Below, piece by piece: positions 50,119-64,000 of a DNA stretch of 64,000 nt (position 1 is its first letter; every line of letters begins with the position of its first letter). The notes below the pieces were generated by a model, which made no database searches, was not told the DNA's origin, and saw nothing but the letters and a program-made list of their open reading frames with translations. Origin of the DNA: Octopus sinensis (Eukaryota); contig NC_043012.1 of the NCBI RefSeq assembly GCF_006345805.1, positions 36,828,001-36,892,000 on the forward strand, in the 5' to 3' direction. The translations under genes and the position numbers were made by a program.

Positions 50119-51199
50119 AGGGTAATAATAATAATAATAATAATAACAGTGATCCGTTGTGTTCAAAGGAAGATGTTAAGTACGGCTACAGAATGAAATC
50201 TATGTTCCGAATGACTAGTGAACCAAGTTGTTTACTGACAAAATATATATATATATATATATAGGCCAGCTTCCCTTTATATGGTACCACAAACGGTGTA
50301 CATGGCTATTCTAGGGAATTGTATTCTTCATTGGGATATTGATGCTTTGCGTTTGTAGAAAGGTGAAGGGAGTTAATTTTAGCGTCAGTCTACATTAAAT
50401 ATGTGTGTATAGATTTGAATTTATGTGTATATTTGTATACACCTATGTATGTGTGTCCATGTACGTGTGCATGTATGCGTATGTGTGTGTGAGTGTGCAT
50501 ATACATGTGACCGTGTTAATCTATTCTTGTCTTGTGGATCAGTAGACATCTTTAAATTGGTCATACTTGTGAAACATTTCTTTAAATTAACGAAACATCA
50601 TCAGGTCTATATTGATTGTTGAGACTGAGAAATGTCACCTTAAAAACATACCAAAGTCTGCTTGAACACTAAATACCAGTCAGTGTACAATATCTGACTG
50701 GGCTCTATATGAAGTCGTAACCGACGGGTGTCAGTCGTCTGCATATTAATGGCCGCTACTGGGTAGATGTGTTAGTAATCTTTTCTTTTTAGGGTGTTGC
50801 CAGCAATCAGTGCGGTGTTGATACAGACAAAAGCGGTAGACATTTAGGGAATGGGTTGCAGGCAAGAAGTAAAAAGTGCAATGAAGAATAAATTTTTTTT
50901 TGTTTAAAAAAGCTAATCAACAGGGTGTCTGCTGTGTTCGAGAAATTGGAAAAAAAAGGGAAAAGAATCTTATTTCTAAAGCAAGTGTACAATGTATTCT
51001 TCATAGACAATTCTTGTTGAGGCAAAAAAGAAGCAACAGAATTATAGAATTTCAGTAAAATGACAATATGACAAAAGTCAAAGCTACAAGATAAGAAGAA
51101 GAAAAAAAAGAAAGAAAGAAGAAAATTCTCAATTTGCAACTCGGTTTTTTTAAAGATAATTTTTTCCCTCAATCTTTGGTCGTCTATATTCCATAATAC

Positions 51200-51480
51200 T
51201 TCACCAGAGGACCGATTTCCTCATGCAATTGGCATATATTCACAGATGTTTCTGCAGCATATTTTTTTTTGTCTCCAAAGGATATCTGTATTTTTCCATT
51301 TTCGTTTCCGTTTTGTGTATTTTTTTTTAGTTTCGAAGTAGAATTCCGTTGAAGATATCGAACCCACATCTTCGGTGTTCCATTTGAAAAGTTCTGTCTG
51401 TTGTAAATATCCATACCTTCGACTCTATGAATACAATTTCGTCCTCTAGAGACTGGATGGTATGTAATGTCTAGAGAATT
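51200..51480 (-). mobile_element. Possible degraded RTE-like LINE C-terminal remnant
   Basis: Minus [32 protein letters not shown] loosely resembles the post-RT GxExW..LRxIL..N region. Confidence 0.3.
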
Positions 51481-51559
51481 ATGGAACATAATATATATAT
51501 ATATAGGTGTATATATATATATATACACACAAATATATATATATAGGTATATATATATA

Positions 51560-51635
<76 letters not shown>

Positions 51636-51863
51636 TATATACGTATATGTATGTATGTTTATGCATATATGTATGTATTTTTGTGCTTATGTGAGTATAT
51701 ATATCCATACATATATACAGACCGGGAACGAGAAACTCCGAGTAGCGATTCACGCAAACTCAGCTTCAAATAAATTTATATGTATGTATACATACATATA
51801 CATACATATATATATATTTATATATATATATTTATGTATATATATATATCTTTATGTATATAT

Positions 51864-51912
<49 letters not shown>

Positions 51913-51964
51913 AATGTATGTATATGCATGTAAGTGTCTATGTATATAGGCTTTATATGCTTAG

Positions 51965-52019
<55 letters not shown>

Positions 52020-52103
52020 CATATTGTCTATTTGGTTGGATATTTATGTATGCTTCCTACTGTATGTATGTGTGTACGTATTTATGCGTGTATGTACGTG
52101 TGT

Positions 52104-52141
<38 letters not shown>

Positions 52142-52656
52142 AAGTAAACTGTTTGTTGTTGAAAGTTTGTTAGACAGACACAGACAGACGTACAAACAGA
52201 CAGACAGACAAATAATTAGATAAATAGATAAGTAGTCAAGTAGATAGAATGATAGATAGACATGGATAAATAGAAAGATAAATAGATAGATAGGTAGTTA
52301 GAGAGAGATAAAAAAGACCGATAGATAATTACAGCTATTGTTATGAAATGAAAACAGTAAAACAACGAGTACAAAAAAATTCTTCTTCTGTAAAGATCAA
52401 ATTCCATTCTGATTGGCGGAAATGGTAAAAGAATCCAGTAAGTCGGTAAAAAAAAAATAAAAAAAGACTTTTTTGTTCTTTTTTTTTGTTTCCAAAATGG
52501 AAATCAACAGTTAGTTGATTCGAAATATATCCATTAGTTTTTAAATTTTATATCTTTCTTTTGTTTTGTTAATCTTTTTATCTTCTTCCCTCCTCACGAT
52601 TCATTCAGCAAGTTCAGTAATTATATGCACAAGTTCATTAGTTTTGCTTAGCATTA

Positions 52657-52690
<34 letters not shown>

Positions 52691-55600
52691 CATTATTATT
52701 AATATTATTATTAATATTATTATCGTCATTATTATAATTATTATTGTATTTTTTCTCTGCTTTTGTTTCTCGTATGCATATAGAAATTCTGAACGCATTT
52801 AACATAGAAAGTGTCTGAAAGTTTCATTAATTGTCCGATATACGTTATATATATATATATATAAAGGTGAAAAACCGTGAAAAATATCTTATGTGCATAG
52901 ATTATACATAACTAGTTCCGCATTCAATAAATCTAACTTCCGGGCGAGAAAGACGGCCAAAACAATTGTCATGTGACTGCCTTGAACTGTATGACTGTGT
53001 TGTCCAGTTCTACAGTTGTTATTGGAATCGGAGCAGGTCTGGGTTAGGGCGCAAGGATTATAGACTTGGTTGTGGGAGGGAAGGAGTAATAATGGGGTGT
53101 TTGTCCTCGCCCCATTCTTTTTTTAGGCGGGCAAATTGGGGACATTGAATCACTGATTTTTTAAAAAAATCATTTGTTTGTTTTGTTTTATTGGTATTTT
53201 TCTTATTTTATTTATAAGTCAATTTGTGGAGCTATAGCACTTCATGCCACTCCTTCAGGTCCAATCACACGCAAAGAAATAAAAATAAATAAATAATTGT
53301 TAAAAGAGAAATCGGGGTGTAAAATGTGTTTGTTTCGTTTCTCCCCCCCCCCCTTCACAAACACAAACACTTCCCAGTGTCTCAGTTCTGGATTCTTGGT
53401 GCAGTAAGCCAACTTCCTGTACTCACTGATAGAGTCCACTAAAAGTCACACACACACACAAACACACACTCATACACACACACAGTTATATATATATAGA
53501 TATACATACATATATATATATATGTATATATATCTTCACACAAACTATAGTATGCCATTCGTAGCGGCGCTTGCTATCAAACACGCGTGGCATACGTATT
53601 TCTCTATCATCAGATCACTACTTCAAATGTAAGCGAGTATTGATACGATGGGTTTATTAGGTTTATACCATAAATATTATTATGATTATTAGATTTATAT
53701 CATAAATATTATTATGATTATAATTACTGATAATTATTAGTAAACAGATTATTAATATTATCGTTATTATTACCTGATAAAATTTGTTTTTGTTGGTTTT
53801 CTGATAGAACAAGTCTGTTGAGAGACAAAGGACGGCAAACTCTCCGATCTGTTAGGAAAAATTCTTGCAGTTAAAAAAATCTACATATTTGGATTAGTGT
53901 TGAATTTAAAGATGATTAATACATTGAAAAAATCTATAAATTCTGAATTTATAATAGTTATAAAATGTAGATTATCGAATAAAACTGGATTAGTGCTATT
54001 AATGACGTCAATCATTAATAATATATTCTTTAATTCTTGACCTTTTTTTTCACTTTCAAAATCAATTTTTTTCTCGTAATCATGAAATAGATTCGAAATG
54101 ATGAACCTTCAACAAAAACATTGAAATAAAGGCAAGATTAAAAAAATTTTTTTTGGCTTGTTTCTGTTTTTCATAGAATTATTTAAGAATCAATAAAATT
54201 TCTACATTCTGTAGATATTATATTAATAAAATGTTTCAAAGAAATCTTCAGCTACCAGGAAACTAAGCCGTCTTTGTCTCTCATTGAGAAAGTGTATATG
54301 AGCTCAAATAGAAATCAAGTGATTGATATCGGCAGTTAATCATTTATTGGCGGTCTTCTAATCGAGTGTTTTCCCCCCATGGAACGCTATATAATTCTTA
54401 TTCGCAGATTCACTTATTATTTTCGCTATTGTTGTTGTTATTATTATCATTATTATTAGTAGTATTATTTTACCTGAACACTAGTTTCAGTTTTTAAAAT
54501 AGTTGACTGTAATTTTTTCATCTCTGTAATATTAATTACATCGATATTTATTTAAAAAAAAACAATAACCATAACAATAATAATAATACTAACAACAACA
54601 ATAGTAGTATTAGTAGTAGTAGTAGTACTAGTGACAATAACACTGATATTAATTATGAAAAAAGTTCCCCGTCTTTGTTTTTCCTTATTTAAGAAATAAA
54701 GTTTATGATAAAAACAAATGACTTAGTTAAGTTCCAGGAATCGGGAAAAAACACAATTTTTTAAATAAAGGTTGGTCTTTGCATGAATCCTTAGAAGTTG
54801 ATTAACGAAACATATTAGATTACCAAATAATTAACCTGGGAAAAAAAGATCACGAAAGATTCTTGTTACTTAAATCGCTGTCTTAGACGCTTTATTAGCT
54901 TTCCATTAAACAGAGCCGTCATAGTCCCCACTCCACCCAGGATACACAGCTTTCTGCTGCTTCGGAACGAACCAAACCCAATGCCATCACCAAAAACTGC
55001 ATTGAAACAATACAGGGCTCTCGGTGGAGTTTTCTAGGGAAAAACCCAAATAAATAAATAATAAAATAAATAAAAACTCCACTAAAATATCAAACGTTTA
55101 TTCCAAATTAGAACTGGAATGATGTGAATGATAAAATGATTTGGTTTGGTTCGATTATAATAAATTTATTCTGATTGGTTATATTCAATCGATAGTTTCA
55201 TTTGCTTCGTTTAGTTCGATTCGATATGATAATTTCCTTCTCATTGGTAACGTTCGTCCAATGGTTTTCATTTGAGTAAAATGTTTTTTTTTCCTCTAGC
55301 CTTTAAATGATTCAAGACATTTCGTCCTTCACACCATCAATACTTTCGTTAAAATACAATAAATAATGATGATGATGATGATGATGATGTCGATGATGAT
55401 GATGAAGAAAAAAAACAACAGAACAATGAAAACTAAAAACAGAATGACAAAGAGTACCATTAAGTCGGTTGACTCTAGCTGGAAATATTGTCTGTGATAG
55501 AAAGATATATGGATGGAACAAAAGTGAAGATCAGTTGCTGTAGCAAAGGAGTGCTCCAATGGAATTTAGTATTGCGTGGCTTGATTTATGCTAGCAATAT

Positions 55601-55778
55601 CTCTATATATGGCATTGAAGGAAGGTAGATGATGTATAAACTGCAGTACAGTTTCAAAGTCAAAATGGCGTCAGAGTAGATTTATTGCAAGATAATAAAT
55701 GTCTTCTCTTGTGGTGATATTGATACGCTTGTGTTTCTATCAACCTATTTTGCTTTTTAGATGAAGCAGCAGATAGCC

Positions 55779-55896
<118 letters not shown>

Positions 55897-55897
55897 G

Positions 55898-55928
<31 letters not shown>

Positions 55929-56059
55929 GTATATGTATATGTATATATATATGTATGTATATATATATATACATACATACATATATATATCTTTATATAT
56001 GTATATGTGTGTATATGTGTGTGTTTGTAAGTGTATATATGTAATCTATAATACATATG

Positions 56060-56135
<76 letters not shown>

Positions 56136-56448
56136 TCTGAAATATATATGATTACATACACACACACATATGTGTGTGTATGTATATATATATGTATATG
56201 TGTGTATATGTGTGTGTATACACACGCATATGTGTGTATTTATATATGTATGTGTTTATATATATATATGTATGCATATATATATATATTATATATATAT
56301 ATATATATGTATGTGTATTTCTGTGTAAGTCGACTGGGTGTGTATGTAAGTGCGAATATGCATGTGTGTGTATTTATGTGTGAGTGGGTATGTATAGATT
56401 TATTGAGAAGCGACAGCATGGCAACTCATGCCTATAATGAATGTGTGG

Positions 56449-56580
56449 ACTAGCAACTCACGTTTATGGTGAAGCAAAGAACCAGCAACTCACGTTTATG
56501 GTAAGGCAACGGACTAGCAACTCATATTTATGGTAAGGCAACAGACTAGAAACTCATGTTTATGGTAAGGCAACGAACTG
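56449..56580. repeat. 32-bp minisatellite, 4 units plus partial
   Basis: Unit starts at 56449, 56481, 56513, 56545, 56577; consensus actagcaactcacgtttatggtaaggcaacgg. Confidence 0.9.
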
Positions 56581-56884
56581 GCGATTCTTGATTCAAGAAA
56601 GAAAGATTGGCTTTTGAGGTTTCTAGTTAAGCAAAGGGGTTTAGCAAATGATGATAACGTCAGTGCAACGAATATATTCTCTAAAAAATGATGGATAAAT
56701 TGCAAAGCTAGCAATGGTGTATAAATACGTAAGAAAAATAAACGTTTATTATTAACTTGCGATCCAGCTTCATTGTATATACAACAAAGGAACGAAACGA
56801 AAGCAACATTTTGTAGTAACAAGGTTTTTTTTCTTTCTTTTTAGAAAAAATGCTTTGTAAGCAAATATATTGTAATGCGTTTAC

Positions 56885-56952
56885 AGATTGGCATTTGGGC
56901 AATCTGACAATTTGGCGATCTGGCAATCTGGTAATTTGACAATCTGGCAATT
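56885..56952. repeat. Degenerate 8-bp tandem repeat (tggcaatc)
   Basis: ggcaatct / gacaattt / ggcgatct / ggcaatct / ggtaattt / gacaatct. Confidence 0.75.
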
Positions 56953-57951
56953 TTTGCAACTGTGGTTTTTTAGATGGCAACTACTGTATGTTTCACTGAA
57001 TTGTTTATAGGTGCACTGGTAACATATGCGTGTAAATATATACAGATAAATGTACATACATAGATACATACATATATATATGTATATGTATAATATATAT
57101 ATATTATATATATATGTGTGCATATGTATATGTATATGTATATATGCATGTACATATATACATGTATACATAAACATATGCATATATATGTATGTATGTG
57201 TAAGTATGTGTGTATGCTATAATATATGCATATACGATCATATAGTCATAATACAATGGCATAGATTTCTATATGTTTATGAGAGAAACGTGGGTAATAG
57301 CTTACTTTAAGCCAAAAGTATTGTTTTGATTTTCTTCGTGTTAACTCTTTGCTTAATATTAACAACAGCAACACCACCAACAACATCAATACCAACAACG
57401 AAAGCAAAGTATTGAATCTTATATTAACCAGAACAGCCTAAAGGTTTACAAGTTATAAACAAACAGTAATTACAATGGTGGTATTAAGGATAGTTCCATG
57501 TGCTACGTTTTAATAATATGTACACTGCTACGAGCTACTAACATCAACACAGTCGCCATTTTCGATGAAACTCTTCGTATTTAGTCTTTTGTTTTGAATA
57601 AGAGAAACGTCACACAAGACACGATATTTTCTTTATTTTGTTTTCACTAAACATATACAGATTTTTGTTTGATTTTATTTCATTTTATTTTATTTTATTT
57701 AGTTATTATTGGGATTATATATTTCGTTATTTGGTTTGTTTTGAAGAATACAAGAAACGGTTTTGGACAACAGAAGTGTTTCGTATTTCGTTTGTCCACG
57801 TCCATCTTTTGAATTCTTCAATAAATTAATAAATTCCTTTCAATTATTTATGTTTATCAGGCAAACTTATCATAAGTATTTGTGTGTGTGTGTGTATGTA
57901 TGTATATATATATATGTGTGTGTGTGTGTGAGTGTGTATGCAAATACAAAT

Positions 57952-57983
<32 letters not shown>

Positions 57984-58185
57984 TTGCGTATGTATACATG
58001 CATATTGTGTGTATACACATACATGAGTATATGTGTGTGTGTGTGTGTGTACAGATATTCATGTGTGTTTGTGTGTGAGTGTATCATTTTGTGACATGTG
58101 TGTGTATAGATATGTATGTATTTATCTACATGTTTGTACGAGTGTTTGTATATGTGAATATATATGTATGAATGCATGTATGTGC

Positions 58186-58218
<33 letters not shown>

Positions 58219-59141
58219 TGCGTGCGTGCGTGTGCGTGTGTGTGTGTGTGTTTATGTGTGTGTATATCTGTGCATGCGCATGTTTGCTTGCTTTAAACAT
58301 AATTCTCGAAGGGAGCACATGGAGTAAAAATATTCGACATTGTGCAGTACGGGAGTCAAAGAGATCGACGGTTCGCTTTCTAGCTTCCGCGGGAATTCCT
58401 TGTCTCCAGTAAGCTAAATGGGGTGCAGATGCTACCAAACGCTACGACTGCACAGGCAACAATTGCAGCAGTCCTCAACCAATGCAACAAGCAACCTGCT
58501 ATCTTGTGCATATGACGGTAAAGGTCTGTTGCTCTACGTGGTCGAAGCTATCCAATACCCTGACATCTACAGATCACGTGGTCAATGTGACCACGTCTTT
58601 ATAACGTACACACGTAGACAACACATACACCTATTCCTTCTTATTATATATTTAGTATATAGTCTGCATGTGTGCGTGGTGTGAATATGTATGTGTGTAT
58701 ATATATATATATATAGATATACATATATAAATATATAATATATATCATATATATATAACTCTATAAAACTCTTGTCCATATCTAGATATATACCATTTCT
58801 ATATCACATATGGCATGATGTCTTTTACTTTTTATCACATACTGTACTGCATGTATACTGAATTGTATCTAACTATATATACAATAAAGTATATATACTA
58901 TGAAGTATGTACGTATTTATTTATTTATTTATTTAGTTATTTCTTAACGATTCTCTTGTCCCTGTCTTATGCGTTCTCATGAAAATTCTAGTTGTGATAT
59001 TAATATATATACAACCAATGCGTTGAGTGTCATATTATACACCCACCACAGATGCCATCTAAGCACACAGTAATTATACATACATTCATGCATATACTAC
59101 GTATACACACGCACACACACATACACATATATATATATGTA

Positions 59142-59177
<36 letters not shown>

Positions 59178-59372
59178 CATGAATATGTATGTATGTATAC
59201 AGTATACGCATATAGTGTGTGAACGAATGTATATTGGACACCAGAATTATCTTGCCAGATTAATGGGTGCATACTAAGCAAAAAAAAAAAAAACAGACAA
59301 AAACAAATACATATAAGTTAAAATGTTCAAAATGCGATGAGTAACATGATGATGATGATGACGATGATAATC

Positions 59373-59404
<32 letters not shown>

Positions 59405-59553
59405 AATGATGATGACGATGATGACGATGAGGATGACGATGATGATGAATAATAGTGATGTTGCTGAATTTTGGCAATAAGAGGTAGGAAAGTCGTTAAT
59501 GTTTGCCTGTGTGTCGCCGTCTGGCTAATAAGGAAATAATAACAACAATAATA

Positions 59554-59591
<38 letters not shown>

Positions 59592-59618
59592 AATAGTAAT
59601 AATAATACTACTAATAAT

Positions 59619-59687
<69 letters not shown>

Positions 59688-60452
59688 TCTTATTATATCC
59701 TGCTATTACTTTCTGGTGATTTTTGAGCATTTCCTCTATACTGGTGATTGTGGTACGTATTTGTTGTCTGTGATGTGATATGTGTGGATGCTGGGTAGAC
59801 TATATGTTGAGTTATGTTGTTCTATGGTGATTCTGTTTTCTATATTAAAATGTGGTCAGTTGTGCTAAATATGTGGTGGGTCATTGATGTTATGCGTTGT
59901 AGTGCCGGGTATTGATCGTATAGAACTTATGTTGTGTGTCTAATGTCGTGTAGTTCTAATGTCGTGTTGGATATGTACAATGTTAGTAGTGCTATTTGTT
60001 TGCAGCGTGATTGTATTAAGTATACGTTGGGTTATGTAGTTCTATGGTGATTCCGTTCATATGTTTTGGTTACATTATGCTGTTGTGTTGTTTGTTTGTT
60101 GTGCAGAATAACTCTTGTGTGAATTATATTATTCCTTTGGCTGATAATTGTTGCACGTATTTGTTGTGTGTGATGTGATATGAGTTTCCATATCGAGTGG
60201 TGCTTCTAAGAAACTCTGTTGCGTTAGTCTCGTTATATTAATGGCTGGCAAATGTATAGAATTTAAATTGTATACATAGATACACACAAACGTTAACGTT
60301 ACAAGTGTACGTGATGTCTTATATTGTTGAGCATTGATTGTATTGGTTATGTTATATTGTTTTGTGGCGATTCGGTTGTGTATGCGTTGTCTGAGTTATT
60401 TCACTGGGTGAGTTTTACATAACGGGTATTATTGAGTTTTACTTGCTCTTAA

Positions 60453-60534
<82 letters not shown>

Positions 60535-61244
60535 GTGTTGTTGCTTTTGTTGTGGATTTTGTTTCTATTTTTGTTGTTCTTATTTCTTTGAGCCCGTTGT
60601 ATTGAAAGTAAGTTTCACTGAGATTCGAAACTTCTGTCTTGACAGCACGTGTTCAAATCTTGCCGGATGGTAATTCTCTTTTTATATTTCATCGCTTTAG
60701 AGCAAAAATAATTTAAAGACAAGTACCAGTCACGTACTGGGACTGATGTTTCAATCGACCACTATGACACTCTTCTCTCCACTCTAGTCCTCCCCTCCCT
60801 CTTCTCCATTTACATCATCATCATCATCACCATCCTCATCATCGTCGTCGTCATCATCATCATCATCATCATCATCATCACTGTCAACATCATCGTTTTT
60901 ACCTCAATAGCTATGACCACTACCACTTCTCTCTACATTTCCTCATGCTCTACCCTTATCGTTTCCTTATCGTGTTTACCACCACAACCTTCACCTTCAC
61001 TATCAACACCATCACCCCCCCATCATCACCACCCTTATCATCATCATTAATATGTAGCATATCTCACATGTCGCTTGACCCTTAGAGAGAGAGACGACTC
61101 CACAGTTCTTGCACCTTTTGTTTTGGTAAACGTGTTGGTGGCAGAAACCGTGATCAGTCTTTCTGTTCTTCTTTGATGGAAACTTGCGCTAACCACGCGG
61201 CATCCACCATCCAACGATGATAATAACAATTATAATGATTTCAA

Positions 61245-61460
61245 ATTTTGGCACAAGGCCAGTAATTTAGGGAGAGGGGGAGGGGGAAGTCGATTACGTC
61301 GACCCCCCAGTACTCAAGTGGTGCTTAATTCATCGACCGCAAAACGATGGGAGGCAAAGTCGACCTTGGCGGAACTTGAACTCAGAACGTGGAACCGGGC
61401 GAAATGCTGCTAAGCATTTTGCCCGGCGTGCTAACGATTCTGCCGGCTCGGCCGCCTTGA
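61245..61460 (-). mobile_element. SINE family A copy
   Basis: ggcaaagtcgaccttggcggaacttgaactcagaacg..gcattttgcccggcgtgctaacgattctgcc. Confidence 0.85.
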
Positions 61461-61480
61461 TGATGATAATAATAATAATA

Positions 61481-61516
<36 letters not shown>

Positions 61517-62011
61517 TAATAATAATAAAAATAATAATATTAATATTAAGGAAGTAATTATATTTAGTCAAATGAGATAAGGGAGATGAGAGAAGGAGAG
61601 GGTGATGTGAGACAGTGAGAGGGGAAGAGAGTGGCAGGAGTAGGGACGCTGAGAGAGAGAGGGGGTGAGGGAAATAGAAAGTGAGAAAGTGAAAGGGAGT
61701 GAGAAAGAGAGAGGGAGTAAGAAAGACAGAGAGGGAGAGAGAGAGGGGTTGGTAGTGGAGAGATATGAGAATATTAAGGGAGATGTAGGGAGAGTAGGAA
61801 AGAGAACTGCTCTGACGTCAAACTTGGAAATGTGTTCTTCTGATCATGTGATGTTATCTCCCCAGTTCTGATAAACACAACAACAACAACAACAACAACA
61901 ATTACAAAAAAAACAACAACATGAATAATAATAATAATAATATTAATAATAATATGACGAGCGTCGACAAGAAATATTTTCGATCACTCTACGGTTTTGA
62001 TAAAGATGCAG

Positions 62012-62046
<35 letters not shown>

Positions 62047-62076
62047 GGACTTCTGTCTACATACATACATACATAC

Positions 62077-62119
<43 letters not shown>

Positions 62120-62376
62120 TATGTATGTGTGTATATGTGTGCGTGTATATGTATGCATATATATATATATGTATGTATGTATATACATGTATCTACATGC
62201 ATATACGCATACATGCATATATACATTCATGCATGTCTGCATGTATATATACAAAATTGCACTGACATACACACACACACACATGTATACGCGTATGTTT
62301 GCACTGCATTTATATGAGCATGTGCATGCATATATATATATGTATGTGTGTATATATACATACATACATAGAGCTG

Positions 62377-62415
<39 letters not shown>

Positions 62416-62516
62416 ACATGTGTGTATATGTTTATGAATGTATGCATGTGTGTATGTATGTATATGTATGTCTTCCTGTTGAGAAATTCGAAAGATAAAG
62501 CCAGGAAAACATAGAA

Positions 62517-62560
<44 letters not shown>

Positions 62561-62634
62561 GTATGTTTTTATGTATGCATGAATACATGCATGCATGCAT
62601 GAATGCATCCATCCATCCATCCATCTATCCATCA

Positions 62635-62709
<75 letters not shown>

Positions 62710-63044
62710 TTGTTTGGTAGAATAAACATGAACTTATCCCCCTTTTATAGTTTATTTTTCGTCGGCAGAAAGTTATGAAAGTGACTCGAAAGAGCAAGAG
62801 TTTCGTGCCTGGCACTTACCGATTTCCTAAGTGCCTTACGCACAATTCTCATCCTACTCAAGTCACTTTTGTAACTTTCTGCCGATTGAAAACAAAACCC
62901 AACCAGCGATCTACATACATACAGTACAATGAAGTACATATATACATTCGTACGTACGTATGTATGTATATATGCATGAGAGAGAGGGGGGGAGAGATCA
63001 TAGGTCAAAACAAGCTGTTTGACATGTAGTTGAGCATGTGACAA

Positions 63045-63190
63045 AATGGCGGTAAATCGGTCGAGCGTCGGTTAGAATGCTTTGTGCTGTTCGATTCACT
63101 TCTGTGAGTTTTTGGTTCAAATCCCGACATCAACAGCTTGGCCGGTCCTGCTTTCCAGATCGATAAATAAAATACAAGTCCATTACAGTC
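63045..63190 (+). mobile_element. Degraded SINE family A copy
   Basis: ggcggtaaatcgg..cggttagaatgc..ggttcaaatcccgac..gtcgataaataaaa-like blocks. Confidence 0.5.
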
Positions 63191-64000
63191 ATCAATTTCT
63201 CTCTCTCTCTCTCTTTCTCTTTCTCTCCCTGTATTTTTCTTACACTTCACATTTCCCTTTTCTACTTCTCTGTTTTGTACCTGCAATTCACGCGTCCAAT
63301 CTTGATATACATTTTGTCACACTGGTTCGGTCAATTACAGTGCACCCGGCTATCAATATCGAATAGATTACAAAAACAAACAAAAAACACTGTTTACCAC
63401 AGTTGAATGCTCATCGTCAATAACCGACGGAGAACCCACCATGTAACAAAACAGTTTGATATGTTTTCTATATTATTATATCACATACTTGTTCGTGCGA
63501 CTAGAAGTTTTATTATTGTTTTGTCAGAATTCGCCCCTAGCCGAATATATTTAGCGTCTATGTGTCTCCTCTCTAGCCAGAATGGCATGTACTTAAATTA
63601 AAGTATTTAAATTAAAGTACGCATTCACTACTGAATTAATTATGATACAGGGACGTAATTATTGAATTAACTCTACATTTATAATTAAGGCTAATCAGTC
63701 AGATGTTATGTCAGTAATATCCCCCCCCACCAGCCCATCAATCATCTTAAAAACACGTCATTAGCGTGTATTTGCGATACATTGAGTGTAATGCGCTGAC
63801 AAGTGTCCCTTTGGTCGAAAAACTTCTCTAGTGATGGTGACCCCACCACCTGTTTTTTTCTCGATCTTTAGGGCATTGATTATAAGACTAACAAAGTGTT
63901 GTCCCTCGGTCCTTCTATAGCAGTAGAAGGACGAACAAACTAAAACTTCCCTCATATTTTTTTGATATCTCGTTAAACTTCTTAGTTGTAATATTCAACA

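Noticed and set aside
56449-56580. CRISPR-like repeat length (32 bp)
   Set aside because: Units are contiguous with no unique spacers, and the DNA is eukaryotic; it is a minisatellite.
58300-58620. GC-richer island with short ORFs and an acgtggtca/tgaccacgt hairpin
   Set aside because: No recognisable protein family or consistent splice sites; cannot be told from an unrecognised repeat.

Overview
AT-rich, microsatellite-saturated eukaryotic genomic DNA. The SINE families and (TA)n/(CA)n/(TACA)n/(TATC)n/(TAA)n load look like a coleoid cephalopod, probably Octopus (inference). One protein-coding gene is supported: the 3' part of a highly divergent plexin-family gene on the + strand (about 99-17386, 5' end upstream of the window). 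Eight confident exons and about four tentative linker exons encode the end of the C1 GAP segment, the Rho-binding domain and the C2 GAP segment. By ungapped alignment to remembered plexin sequences, the conserved arginine of the LPLRFW motif is glutamine and the KDSPxNKLLYAKDIP segment is degenerate and 8 aa shorter, suggesting a pseudo-GAP plexin. The remaining ~46 kb has no gene I can support. It holds tRNA-derived SINEs, R4/Dong-type RLE retrotransposon pieces beside (TAA)n, an internally deleted Tc1 element, several long foldbacks, a hammerhead-like motif and a 100-N gap. The plexin introns hold LINE remnants, a non-autonomous Helitron, a nested inverted-repeat cassette with a degenerate hammerhead, and a diverged ~330-bp tandem array whose composite consensus resembles a type I hammerhead. 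Most of the supplied ORF track is microsatellite translation. All homology calls are from memory; no searches were run.
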